A DNA stretch of 30,225 nt, taken from positions 1-30,225 of the forward strand of contig JAGXNO010000042.1 in the NCBI GenBank assembly GCA_019894975.1. The letters are read 5' to 3'. Source of the DNA: Promethearchaeota archaeon. GTDB lineage: Archaea > Asgardarchaeota > Lokiarchaeia > Sigyniarchaeales > SOKP01. Positions within the stretch are counted from its first letter, which is position 1. Each line of letters starts with the position of its first letter. The position numbers and the translations under genes are program-made. Below are positions 18,765-26,980 of this stretch, in pieces. Under the pieces are notes generated by a model. That model did not search any database and was not told the origin of the DNA. It was given only the letters and a program-made list of their open reading frames with translations.

Positions 18765-19424
18765 TTATTTTTCTTCTTCCACCATTCTTGCAAATTCAAA
18801 TGAATAATACGAAGATATACGATCTACAGGATGAATTTCTTTATTATATTGTTGAGTAAGGTTTTTACTACCTTTCAATTCTTCTTCAGTATATCGTGAG
18901 TTGAACTCTTTTTTCTTGAAAAGTTGCCAGACAAAAGCTTCTACAAATTTTTTTGGACCAAATTTCTTTGAAATTAATACATAGTTTTGATCATCGACAT
19001 ATTTACGAAAAAAGCCCAAATTATTGCATAAGTCTAATTTAAAGTTTAAGTCATCTACCTTATTCTTAACAAGTGATATAGAATTTATAAATCGAGCTAA
19101 TTTATCTCCGAGTAAAATTTGTTCTGCTTCTTCGACCTTCTCAATAATATCTCGAAAGAAATTTCTTATAATTATTATGAAATCTTGATCATCTAAAGAT
19201 TTCACAGAATTCTTTTGTTTTATTAGACATTGAGAAAATTCTAAATAATACCTAATTAGATTCGCCTTAGAGATGCCAATATCTCTTTTAATACGCTCCA
19301 AATTAGAATTTAATTCTTCATCAATTCTAACAGTAATGACTACTGTTGAATCCTTTGATTTATGCTCCTTTTCTGATTGGGAATTTAACGTCGAAGGAGA
19401 ATTTTGTGCTGAATTTGGACTCAT
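18765..19424 (-). CDS. Ribbon-helix-helix (CopG-like) DNA-binding protein with uncharacterised C-terminal domain
   Basis: VVITVRIDEELNSNLERIKRDIGISKANLIRYYL matches the RHH beta-alpha-alpha pattern; followed by ~155 aa of unrecognised sequence. Confidence 0.75.
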   Translation of the reverse strand: MSPNSAQNSPSTLNSQSEKEHKSKDSTVVITVRIDEELNSNLERIKRDIGISKANLIRYYLEFSQCLIKQKNSVKSLDDQDFIIIIRNFFRDIIEKVEEAEQILLGDKLARFINSISLVKNKVDDLNFKLDLCNNLGFFRKYVDDQNYVLISKKFGPKKFVEAFVWQLFKKKEFNSRYTEEELKGSKNLTQQYNKEIHPVDRISSYYSFEFARMVEEEK

Positions 19425-19450
19425 TTAATACGCCTTCATAGATAATTGCA

Positions 19451-19486
19451 TGTAATATTTGTAATAGATAATCATCTAATGTAATA
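19451..19486. promoter_or_regulatory. Three direct TGTAATA repeats upstream of the RHH gene (candidate autoregulatory operator)
   Basis: TGTAATA at 19451, 19460 and 19480, 27-62 nt upstream of the start codon at 19424. Confidence 0.55.
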
Positions 19487-20088
19487 TAAGTAACTTTAAT
19501 ATTTTAATGCTTGTGATTTCAACATTTTGCAAAGTGACTCACTCTCGGTTGGGATGGTTAAAATAATTTGCTACTTAAACTTTAAGAATTCTATATAAAG
19601 ATAGATATTAGATCTATTTATGGGAGAAAGAGAAATTTAAAAATCTCGAAATAATGATTGAAAGATGATTTTAAATAAAAGATCCTTAATTAAATCTGCA
19701 AATTTAGTGATATAATTTAAGAAAACTTTTTAAAACCTTTTTCAAGTAATATTATCAGTATAAATTCTATCAAAAAACGAAACTTCATAAGGATAAGCTA
19801 ATAGGCATGCTACAGATAAATTTCACTTTTTATTAAGGAAATCGCTAAAAATTAATAAAAAATTAGATAGAATTCGACATTTCTTATTAAAATGTAAAAA
19901 ATATGATTTCTATCAAATAATATAACTCCTTATTCGAAAAGTTAATTTTACAATTAGATATTTTAGTCTTTGAATACATTTTTCTCAAATTAATCTTCTC
20001 TAAGTAGATAGTTTCAATAGACGAATAGTTAATTAATACAATTAATTTTTAAGTCAAAAACCCAATTTACAATTTTTTCTATATCAAA

Positions 20089-20133
20089 TGTAATTCTAGT
20101 AATCATTCATATTCTTTGTAATCGAAGATTACA
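20089..20133. promoter_or_regulatory. GTAAT cluster with perfect palindrome TGTAATC-GAA-GATTACA upstream of the ArsR gene
   Basis: TGTAAT at 20089, AGTAAT at 20098, and a 7-3-7 inverted repeat at 20117-20133, about 100 nt upstream of the ATG at 20236. Confidence 0.55.
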
Positions 20134-20235
20134 GCAAAAGTTGAATTTGTAAAATTGAAGAATTTATATTCTCGGAAAAACATAATTTTCTTGTATTTAA
20201 AAGCAAAAAATATATTAAGGGTTGAATAAAAAGGT

Positions 20236-20559
20236 ATGGAAATTTCTCAAACGGGCATTTTGGAACTAAATTTACAAAATAAAGAAGAATCTCTCTCTAT
20301 AGAGTCAGATGATCAGATTGAGAAGATTGTAAAAGCACTGTCTTCACGAACCAGGAGAAAGATATTACAATATATTCAAGAAGATCCAATGGATGTATCA
20401 GATATTGCATCATGTTTAAGTATGACTGAAGCAAACATATCGGCTCAAATTAAGAAACTTGAAGAAGCTGGTTTAATCACTTGTGCTTATTCTTCTGGAG
20501 CACATGGAGTCAGAAAATTAAGCAAGCTAAGATTCAATAGATTAACTATTAAATTCTAA
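20236..20559 (+). CDS. ArsR/SmtB-family winged-helix transcriptional regulator
   Basis: KALSSRTRRKILQYI..PMDVSDIASCLSMTEANISAQIKKLEEAGLI...GAHGVRK. Confidence 0.9.
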   Translation: MEISQTGILELNLQNKEESLSIESDDQIEKIVKALSSRTRRKILQYIQEDPMDVSDIASCLSMTEANISAQIKKLEEAGLITCAYSSGAHGVRKLSKLRFNRLTIKF

Positions 20560-20674
20560 TATTTTGTAAATTCCAATTCTTTTTTTGGAACGATAATTAA
20601 GTAATAAAGTGATTTGAACTTACAATTTATAAGCCAGTTTAACAGATTTCTTCTAACTATTCACTATATTGAAA

Positions 20675-21193
20675 ATGAGAGAATTCGAAAATTTATGGGA
20701 AGGATTGAGTTTTGCTTTTCTAAAGTATGATAGTTTAAAGAGAAAATCAAAAGACTTACCTTATGTTATTCATCCGATCCGAGTCACGATGATCTTGCGA
20801 GCTGCTGGTTTTTCTGAATTTAAAGATAAGAATTTATTTTTAGCAGCACTGTTTCATGATCTCCTAGAGGATACAGATTTAACCTTTGAAGAATTAAGAG
20901 CAAAATTTGGCGATAATGTAGCTTTGATTGTAAAGGAGTTATCAAAACCCGATAATATGAGTAAAACAGATTGGTTAAGTTCTTTTATCACTGCTTCGAA
21001 AAGGGCAAAAATAATTAAAATGGCTGATCGTATAGACAATCTCATGGATATGGCAGATACTAAATGGAATAATGAAAAACAGAAATTATACGCAGAGCAA
21101 GGTTTAATAATATTAGATACTTGTGGGGGGGCAAATTCAAGATTAGCGCATAAACTTGAAGAAGTTATAGAGCAGATACTAAACATTAAATAA
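20675..21193 (+). CDS. HD-domain protein, RelA/SpoT-hydrolase (Mesh1/small alarmone hydrolase)-like
   Basis: RKSKDLPYVIHP, AALFHDLLEDT, FGDNVALIVKELS and IIKMADRIDNL are motifs of the RSH hydrolase domain. ATG at 20675; TTG at 20669 possible. Confidence 0.85.
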   Translation: MREFENLWEGLSFAFLKYDSLKRKSKDLPYVIHPIRVTMILRAAGFSEFKDKNLFLAALFHDLLEDTDLTFEELRAKFGDNVALIVKELSKPDNMSKTDWLSSFITASKRAKIIKMADRIDNLMDMADTKWNNEKQKLYAEQGLIILDTCGGANSRLAHKLEEVIEQILNIK

Positions 21194-21196
21194 TTA

Positions 21197-21217
21197 ATTC
21201 TCAACTACAGTGAGAAT
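21197..21217. terminator. Short hairpin between convergent genes
   Basis: ATTCTCA-actacag-TGAGAAT, a perfect 7-bp stem in the 41-bp gap between the HD and radical SAM stops. Function is uncertain. Confidence 0.3.
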
Positions 21218-21234
21218 AGAATAATTAGATTAAA

Positions 21235-22818
21235 TTAACTAGTAATTTTTACCGGTTTTTTTGGCTGTTTTTCAGAAGAAACCTTTTCAATTTGAGTTTC
21301 AGATGTTTCGGAGTGTTCAGTTAGGAAAGGTTTACCTGCTTCTGCAAGTGCCATGATTTCTTTCATCTCGTCAGAAATAATTGATTGTGTCATTCCCATG
21401 TTGTGAAGCATTTCCATTCCGCTTACTATCACTGTTTTTGCAAATTGAGGAATATTTTTTAACATCCAATTAAATTTTCCAAAGGGATCAGTGTATCGTT
21501 TTATAACCATTTTAAACCATCCTTTACTTAGGTAGTAAGCAGAATAAGCTTCCGCTACCAACTGAAACATTTCATTAGTAGTTAGTTGTTCAGTTCTCAT
21601 CATAGGATGAAATAAGTCGTAATGTTTATAATCAGTACTAGTAACCATATTTTTTTCTTTCATTTCATTGTAAAAATCTGTTCCTGGAAAAGCAGTTATA
21701 GGGGTAAATTGGACAATAGTTAGATTGAGTGATTTTGCAAACTGGATGTTTTCCCTTACCATTGTTTTAGTTTCTCCGGGAAATCCAATAATTACACCCC
21801 CAAAGATTGAGATCCCGCGATCTTGAAGAGAAGAAACTACTTTTCTTACCATATCAGGTGTAGTATTTTTTTTGTTCATGGCATCTAGGCTTTGTTGATG
21901 AACTGATTCAATACCAAGAAATACTTGTCTCATGCCTGCTTTATGCATTAAATCAATTAACCCTGGGTTTCGATATAGTGTATCAACTCGTGATTGGCAA
22001 GATAAAAGTATCTTATTTGGAACTCCGGAACGAATAATAGTATTTAGAATCTCTCTCGTACGCTTTACTTTTATTGTAAAATTATCCTCACAGAAGAAGA
22101 TAAAATCATTTTTCCAATCAATGTCATAGATTTCTCTCATAATTCGTTTAGTGGATTTTGTACGATAAGTAACGAGACGATCTGGGTTTCTCCACATTTT
22201 TATGATGCAACAGAACTTGCAGTTATGAGGACAACCCCGTGAAGTCTCAAGCTGAGCGACACGGGCACCTAAATAGATATATTTTTTATCGTCTATAAGA
22301 TCCCTTCGAGGCATTGGAAAATTGTCCAAATTAGGCTCTAATTTTCGATCTTTGTTATGGATTACTTTTCCTTCTTTGTTTTTAAATGAGACACCATCAA
22401 TCTCTCTTAATTGAGTTTGATTTTTGTCTTTATCAATATGTTGTATTAATTCTCGAAATGTGTGTTCCCCTTCACCTCGGATAGTATAATCTACAGCAGG
22501 ATGACTTGCTACATAATCTGGTACTAAACTGGGGTGATAACCCCCCATAATTGTAGTGCATCCTATCTCTTTAGCCATCGCGGCGACCTCAAAAGCGGAA
22601 GAGATTTGTGGAGTCATACTAGTAATAGCAACTATATCATATCGGTTCATTAATGCACGAAATTTATTTTCTTTATATTTATGCACCTTAAAATCAAATA
22701 ATTTCGCATCATGCTCAGGTACCATTGCAGCAATCGATATGAGGCTAAGAGGTGGCCCTTTAATGATTGCATCAAGCCCCGAGGTTAATCGGGCAGGATT
22801 TACGTATAGAATTTTCAA
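21235..22818 (-). CDS. Cobalamin-binding radical SAM protein (class B methyltransferase/BchE-like architecture)
   Basis: N-terminal B12-binding-like domain (PPLSLISIAA, DIVAITSMT, MGGYHPS, RGEGEHTF), ETSRGCPHNCKFC, EDNF, FLGIES, IIGFPGET and TAFPGTDFY. TTG start with GAGG upstream. Confidence 0.92.
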   Translation of the reverse strand: MKILYVNPARLTSGLDAIIKGPPLSLISIAAMVPEHDAKLFDFKVHKYKENKFRALMNRYDIVAITSMTPQISSAFEVAAMAKEIGCTTIMGGYHPSLVPDYVASHPAVDYTIRGEGEHTFRELIQHIDKDKNQTQLREIDGVSFKNKEGKVIHNKDRKLEPNLDNFPMPRRDLIDDKKYIYLGARVAQLETSRGCPHNCKFCCIIKMWRNPDRLVTYRTKSTKRIMREIYDIDWKNDFIFFCEDNFTIKVKRTREILNTIIRSGVPNKILLSCQSRVDTLYRNPGLIDLMHKAGMRQVFLGIESVHQQSLDAMNKKNTTPDMVRKVVSSLQDRGISIFGGVIIGFPGETKTMVRENIQFAKSLNLTIVQFTPITAFPGTDFYNEMKEKNMVTSTDYKHYDLFHPMMRTEQLTTNEMFQLVAEAYSAYYLSKGWFKMVIKRYTDPFGKFNWMLKNIPQFAKTVIVSGMEMLHNMGMTQSIISDEMKEIMALAEAGKPFLTEHSETSETQIEKVSSEKQPKKPVKITS

Positions 22819-23035
22819 AGATTTTATCCTCTAAACATATAATTTCTTTTCTTATCTCCTCTATCTAGTTAATATACTTAATTAGAAGAGAAAAAGCTTT
22901 GAGAACTATCTAATAGATTCTCAACTCATTTAATTAAATAAAATATATATTGCTCATATTTAAATCTATTGTTTATTCTATATAGCTGTCAAATAGACTT
23001 AGAACGTTAGTACTATCAAAGGGAAAATAGTTTGT

Positions 23036-24166
23036 TTATTGAAAATATTGAATTAACGTGTTTTTTATTATTTCAAAATGTCCTAAATTAAGTTTTAAGA
23101 GGTCATCAAATACTTCTCGAATACCAACTTTTTCTAATCGTTTGGTAATTTTGAAATAGGGTGAATTCTTCAGTTCTTTTACTAATTTTTTATTTTCTTC
23201 AAGATCATTAGTTACATAATCTGTAGAAGTAAAATTTTGATCTCCCAACATTTCTTGGATGATTGCCATCAACATAGTATCAAATGTTATTCGGAGTATT
23301 ATTTCATGATCAAAATCAGAAGCTTGAGGAAGTAAATAAGTTTTAAGTAGCGATATAGAGTTTTTAAACCGTTCAATTGAATTTGTCCCAAGTTCTTTAA
23401 TTTTTTTATTATGTTCCCGATTTTCTGATACTCTTAAACATAATGCAGCAACGGTTTGATATTCAGCAACAAAATGGATAAATCTGGCTTTAGCATTAAG
23501 CATTGTATCTTTTGATGATTCTTCATCTATAAGATCTCCTAAATTTTTTAATGCTTCTTCGAAATGAGTAGCTATGTTAATGAATTTTTTGGCTGATGCT
23601 TCAAAATCTTTTCCTGATAATAATTTTAATGCTTCTTTTTCCTCTTGTTCATATAGCTCATCAAATCTATTTATTTTCATCACAGCACTTAAGATTAAAT
23701 TCTTACCTAAATCTTTTTTAATGTGTGAATGTTCAAAAGCTTGACCTGCTTTCAATAGAAAAATTGAACATACACTGTTAAATTCATCAGGATCAACCTC
23801 ATTCAAATATTCTGCAGCTTTTTGCCAAGATTCTCCAGCGGTCTCCCAGTCTCGCATGTTATTAGCAAGATTTCCTAATTGGATTAACAATTTTGCTGAA
23901 ACTTCATATAATTTTAATTCCTCAGTTTTCCTAATAATAGATTTTAATCTGTAAGTTGCTTGAATATTATTCTTAAACTGTGAGATGATTTGAGTAATTC
24001 TTACGTAGAGTTCATCTAATTTTATATAGCTTCCAAGATCTATATAGATTTGAGCTGCTTGCTCATAAAAATTAATTGCCTCATCACCCTTATTTTTATC
24101 TGCTAGGTTTTCGGCCCTATCGATTAAATTTATTGCTTCTATTTCTTTACCTTCTCTATCGAACAT
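23036..24166 (-). CDS. Alpha-solenoid (TPR/SNAP-like) repeat protein
   Basis: Repeated helical-hairpin patterns (EAINFYEQAAQIY, AGESWQKAAEYL, ASAKKFINIATHFEEAL); no catalytic motif. Confidence 0.65.
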   Translation of the reverse strand: MFDREGKEIEAINLIDRAENLADKNKGDEAINFYEQAAQIYIDLGSYIKLDELYVRITQIISQFKNNIQATYRLKSIIRKTEELKLYEVSAKLLIQLGNLANNMRDWETAGESWQKAAEYLNEVDPDEFNSVCSIFLLKAGQAFEHSHIKKDLGKNLILSAVMKINRFDELYEQEEKEALKLLSGKDFEASAKKFINIATHFEEALKNLGDLIDEESSKDTMLNAKARFIHFVAEYQTVAALCLRVSENREHNKKIKELGTNSIERFKNSISLLKTYLLPQASDFDHEIILRITFDTMLMAIIQEMLGDQNFTSTDYVTNDLEENKKLVKELKNSPYFKITKRLEKVGIREVFDDLLKLNLGHFEIIKNTLIQYFQ

Positions 24167-24345
24167 AATTTCTTGCCAATTAAAGTAGTTTAAGGATTAT
24201 TTTCTTGATGCTGACTATAAAATTTATATTCAAATTGTATAAACTTAATTAAAATATTAAAACCTTAGTATTAATAGCTTTTTGTTATGTATTTTACATT
24301 TTTTTATCGAAGGTTGTTAAATACTGACAAGGGGACAACATTTTA

Positions 24346-25227
24346 TTACTTAAACAGTTTCATATTTTTACTTTCCACAATTTTTTTAAGTTCAATCGAT
24401 TGATATGTAGAAGAAAATGATTCCTTAGCATCTTCAATTGCTCCATAGAAAATAAAATTAGAATACCATGAAGCTATAAACATAATACTAGCTCTTCTAT
24501 AACGTGTATGGAATTTAATGTTTAATCGTGGTGAGGAATATTGAAACAGAAATAGATTTGGAGCTGTACCTACGGGAAGCTGTAATGATGTGCTGACTAA
24601 TTGTTGTGTTTCTAATACATGGGCTAAACTTTCTAAGTTAATTACACCCCCATCGACCCAGATTTTTTCAATCCCAAGATCCTTTAGTCCTCCTAGTATG
24701 CTATTATTGTTAGGTTGATTCTTTGTGGTTATGTATTCATATCTCTGGGTAGAAGTCATATTTTCTGAGCCAAGTATCAACACAACAGCTGATCTGATCT
24801 TATATTTTTGAAGAATCTCTAATTCTTGTTTATTTTTAAGGTTTGAAATAGTATTATAGATATAACGATCAGGATTAATTCCTTGTTCTGTTAAGTATTC
24901 AATCCCAGCAAGTCTAGATTCAAAATTTCCCCCTAAAACAAACGGTTGATCAAAATTTGTTATATAAAATTCTAAATATTTAACCATAGCCTTTGGTGTA
25001 GTTGCTGAAATTTCAATAAAATTAGGGATTCTATATTTTTTTGAAAGGGATAAATGTGTGTTTATTCTTTTCAGGGCTTTTTCCTCATCAAAAATCTCAG
25101 CGTTTTTGCGATTAACAAGAGTTTGACCTTGATAAAAGATAGTACCAATTAATACAGGAGGAGAATCAAAACTTCCACGACCAAGTTTAATATCTCCATA
25201 ATTAAAGAAATTCGGGTCGCTCATCAT
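24346..25227 (-). CDS. MtrH/MtgA-like pterin-binding methyltransferase family protein (divergent, stand-alone)
   Basis: PPVLIGTIFYQGQTLV...IFDEEKA, TTPKAMVKYLEF, IYNTI, WVDGGV, LPVG and NFIFYGAIEDA align with recalled MtrH motifs (PTVLxGTIFY, IYNSIN, DFVLYGPIENA). No other mtr genes in the window. Confidence 0.8.
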   Translation of the reverse strand: MMSDPNFFNYGDIKLGRGSFDSPPVLIGTIFYQGQTLVNRKNAEIFDEEKALKRINTHLSLSKKYRIPNFIEISATTPKAMVKYLEFYITNFDQPFVLGGNFESRLAGIEYLTEQGINPDRYIYNTISNLKNKQELEILQKYKIRSAVVLILGSENMTSTQRYEYITTKNQPNNNSILGGLKDLGIEKIWVDGGVINLESLAHVLETQQLVSTSLQLPVGTAPNLFLFQYSSPRLNIKFHTRYRRASIMFIASWYSNFIFYGAIEDAKESFSSTYQSIELKKIVESKNMKLFK

Positions 25228-25313
25228 CTTATAAATTTCAAATAATAGAGGGCTTACTATAACGTATCTAATATAATTAATTAAATTAACTTAAGAAGAT
25301 GAATAATTCTCTC

Positions 25314-25580
25314 TTATAGTTTCCTCGATTGCTTAATTTTTAGCATAACATCAAATTCTGCAATCAACCAGATAAGGACATCATAATGGAGAGAATCATA
25401 ATAAATTTGGGCTGCCTTTTCTCTAATTCTTTCTTGATCTGAATACAAGGGATCCTGATGAGTTATTAATTGTCTTTCAGCGAGCATCCAACATAATGTA
25501 TCATAGGGATGATCCTTTTGGGAAAGATAATATGCTGCTACTCCTATTTGGTCCACAAAATTATTATTCAAATCGCTCAT
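25314..25580 (-). CDS. Small protein with internal duplication of a DUF2934-like helical motif
   Basis: QIGVAAYYLSQKDHPYDTLCWMLAERQL and RIREKAAQIYYDSLHYDVLIWLIAEFDV are two copies of I..AA......YD.L.W..AE. ATG at 25580; TTG at 25589 possible. Confidence 0.7.
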   Translation of the reverse strand: MSDLNNNFVDQIGVAAYYLSQKDHPYDTLCWMLAERQLITHQDPLYSDQERIREKAAQIYYDSLHYDVLIWLIAEFDVMLKIKQSRKL

Positions 25581-25601
25581 TTTGATCAATTAAAATTTAA
25601 A

Positions 25602-26807
25602 TTAATATAGATGGAGTTTAACATCACAGGTTCTACATTGTCCTTCTTTTAACTTCTTAAAACATTCCTCATGATAAAGTGTATTGCACTCAAGGTTGCC
25701 ACATTGTACAGCTCGCTGTCCTTTTTCAAAGATTAAATGGCATACTGGACATGCATTAAACATGGCATCCTCTCCCAGTAAAGCGACATCTTCAATAAAT
25801 TTTGCAGGAAGAATTTCAGGTCTCTGTGTGGGCTCTTCTTTTGTGCCTCGAGAAAGTACGCGTAATTTTTGTATTTGGGTGACCTCTGTGGGAATTCTTA
25901 ATAAATAAAAACAATGCGGGCATCTTGCGGTTCCTGATCTTTTTATCTTATGATCTTTTTGAGAGTCTGCCCAGCCTGCTAAACAATGGATATGAAATGG
26001 AGTAGTGCAATTAGGACAATAACGTCCTGTGACATAAAACGATCCCTTAGTGTAGGGATTTTTGTCAGAAAAACAAATTGAACATTTTTTATAATCTACT
26101 TCACCTCTTATTTGTTTAGCACGTTGTTCTTGACCGCTTGTTAAATCTTGAACTCTTAATAAATCCGCAGCAATTTTCCTAAGAAAAGCTGGATTTTCAC
26201 TAATTACTTCCTGATTAGAGCCATATCGCTTATAATTATCATCTGCAATTTCATTAGCCGATCTTATGAGACTTTCAGGATCACTATTGTAAAAATACCT
26301 ACCTTTTGTAACGTCACTTAATTTTTTCAACGTATTCACTTGGCCGATCTGACCTACTAAAAAGGTATCAATTTTTATGTTTAATCCCTGTGCTAATCGT
26401 GCCATCTTTAAAGGATCAACTGCTGTTTTCATAATTTTTCCATCAGAAATTAAAAGAATTCTCGGGGGTTTTGCTCCGATTTTCCGCAATTCTGCTATAA
26501 CAGTTTTTATTGCTAAAGCTAACCCATCACCTAATGCAGAATATCCCCCACAAGTAAGAGAATCTAATGCATTATTGAGATTATTTATATAGGTGGAGCT
26601 TGTAAAACCTAAAAGAGTTTCTGCTCTATTTGAGAATTTGATTAACGCGAATGTACTTAAACTATCTAATTCGAATCTTTTAGCTATTAATGTCTTCATA
26701 GCATCAGTGCATGATCTTAATCGATATGGAGAAAAATCCTTCCTATACATCGATCTTGAGGTATCCAAACATATTACAATATTCTCAGGTATTCTTTGTT
26801 CGGTCAT
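25602..26807 (-). CDS. vWA domain (Ssl1/Rpn10-like) plus two C4HC3 RING/PHD-like zinc fingers
   Basis: VICLDTSRSMYRKDFSPYRL (MIDAS DxSxS) and RILLISDG. Finger 1, aa 242-299: CSIC..CPNC..HIHC..CPHC. Finger 2, aa 353-394: CPVC..CGNLEC..HEEC..CRTC. Confidence 0.85.
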   Translation of the reverse strand: MTEQRIPENIVICLDTSRSMYRKDFSPYRLRSCTDAMKTLIAKRFELDSLSTFALIKFSNRAETLLGFTSSTYINNLNNALDSLTCGGYSALGDGLALAIKTVIAELRKIGAKPPRILLISDGKIMKTAVDPLKMARLAQGLNIKIDTFLVGQIGQVNTLKKLSDVTKGRYFYNSDPESLIRSANEIADDNYKRYGSNQEVISENPAFLRKIAADLLRVQDLTSGQEQRAKQIRGEVDYKKCSICFSDKNPYTKGSFYVTGRYCPNCTTPFHIHCLAGWADSQKDHKIKRSGTARCPHCFYLLRIPTEVTQIQKLRVLSRGTKEEPTQRPEILPAKFIEDVALLGEDAMFNACPVCHLIFEKGQRAVQCGNLECNTLYHEECFKKLKEGQCRTCDVKLHLY

Positions 26808-26980
26808 ATTTTATAACAGACTTTAGGGCGTATTAATAATAATTTGACTGCAATGCTTTTCCAATTAATCTATTTTTTATATATTAATTAATTATTAAAT
26901 AATTAGTAAAATTACTAAAATTTAATAATATCTTATTAAGTATAAAGTATAAAGATAAATGTAAAATATTCTGATGCGAA

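Noticed and set aside
19425-20235. Replication origin or tRNA in the long AT-rich intergenic region
   Set aside because: No ORB-like repeats with G-strings, no adjacent orc1/cdc6, and no cloverleaf or T-loop consensus seen.
26903-26918. TTAGTAA-aa-TTACTAA palindrome in the vWA-RING/GTPase divergent promoter region
   Set aside because: A 7-bp arm in extremely AT-rich DNA; could easily arise by chance.
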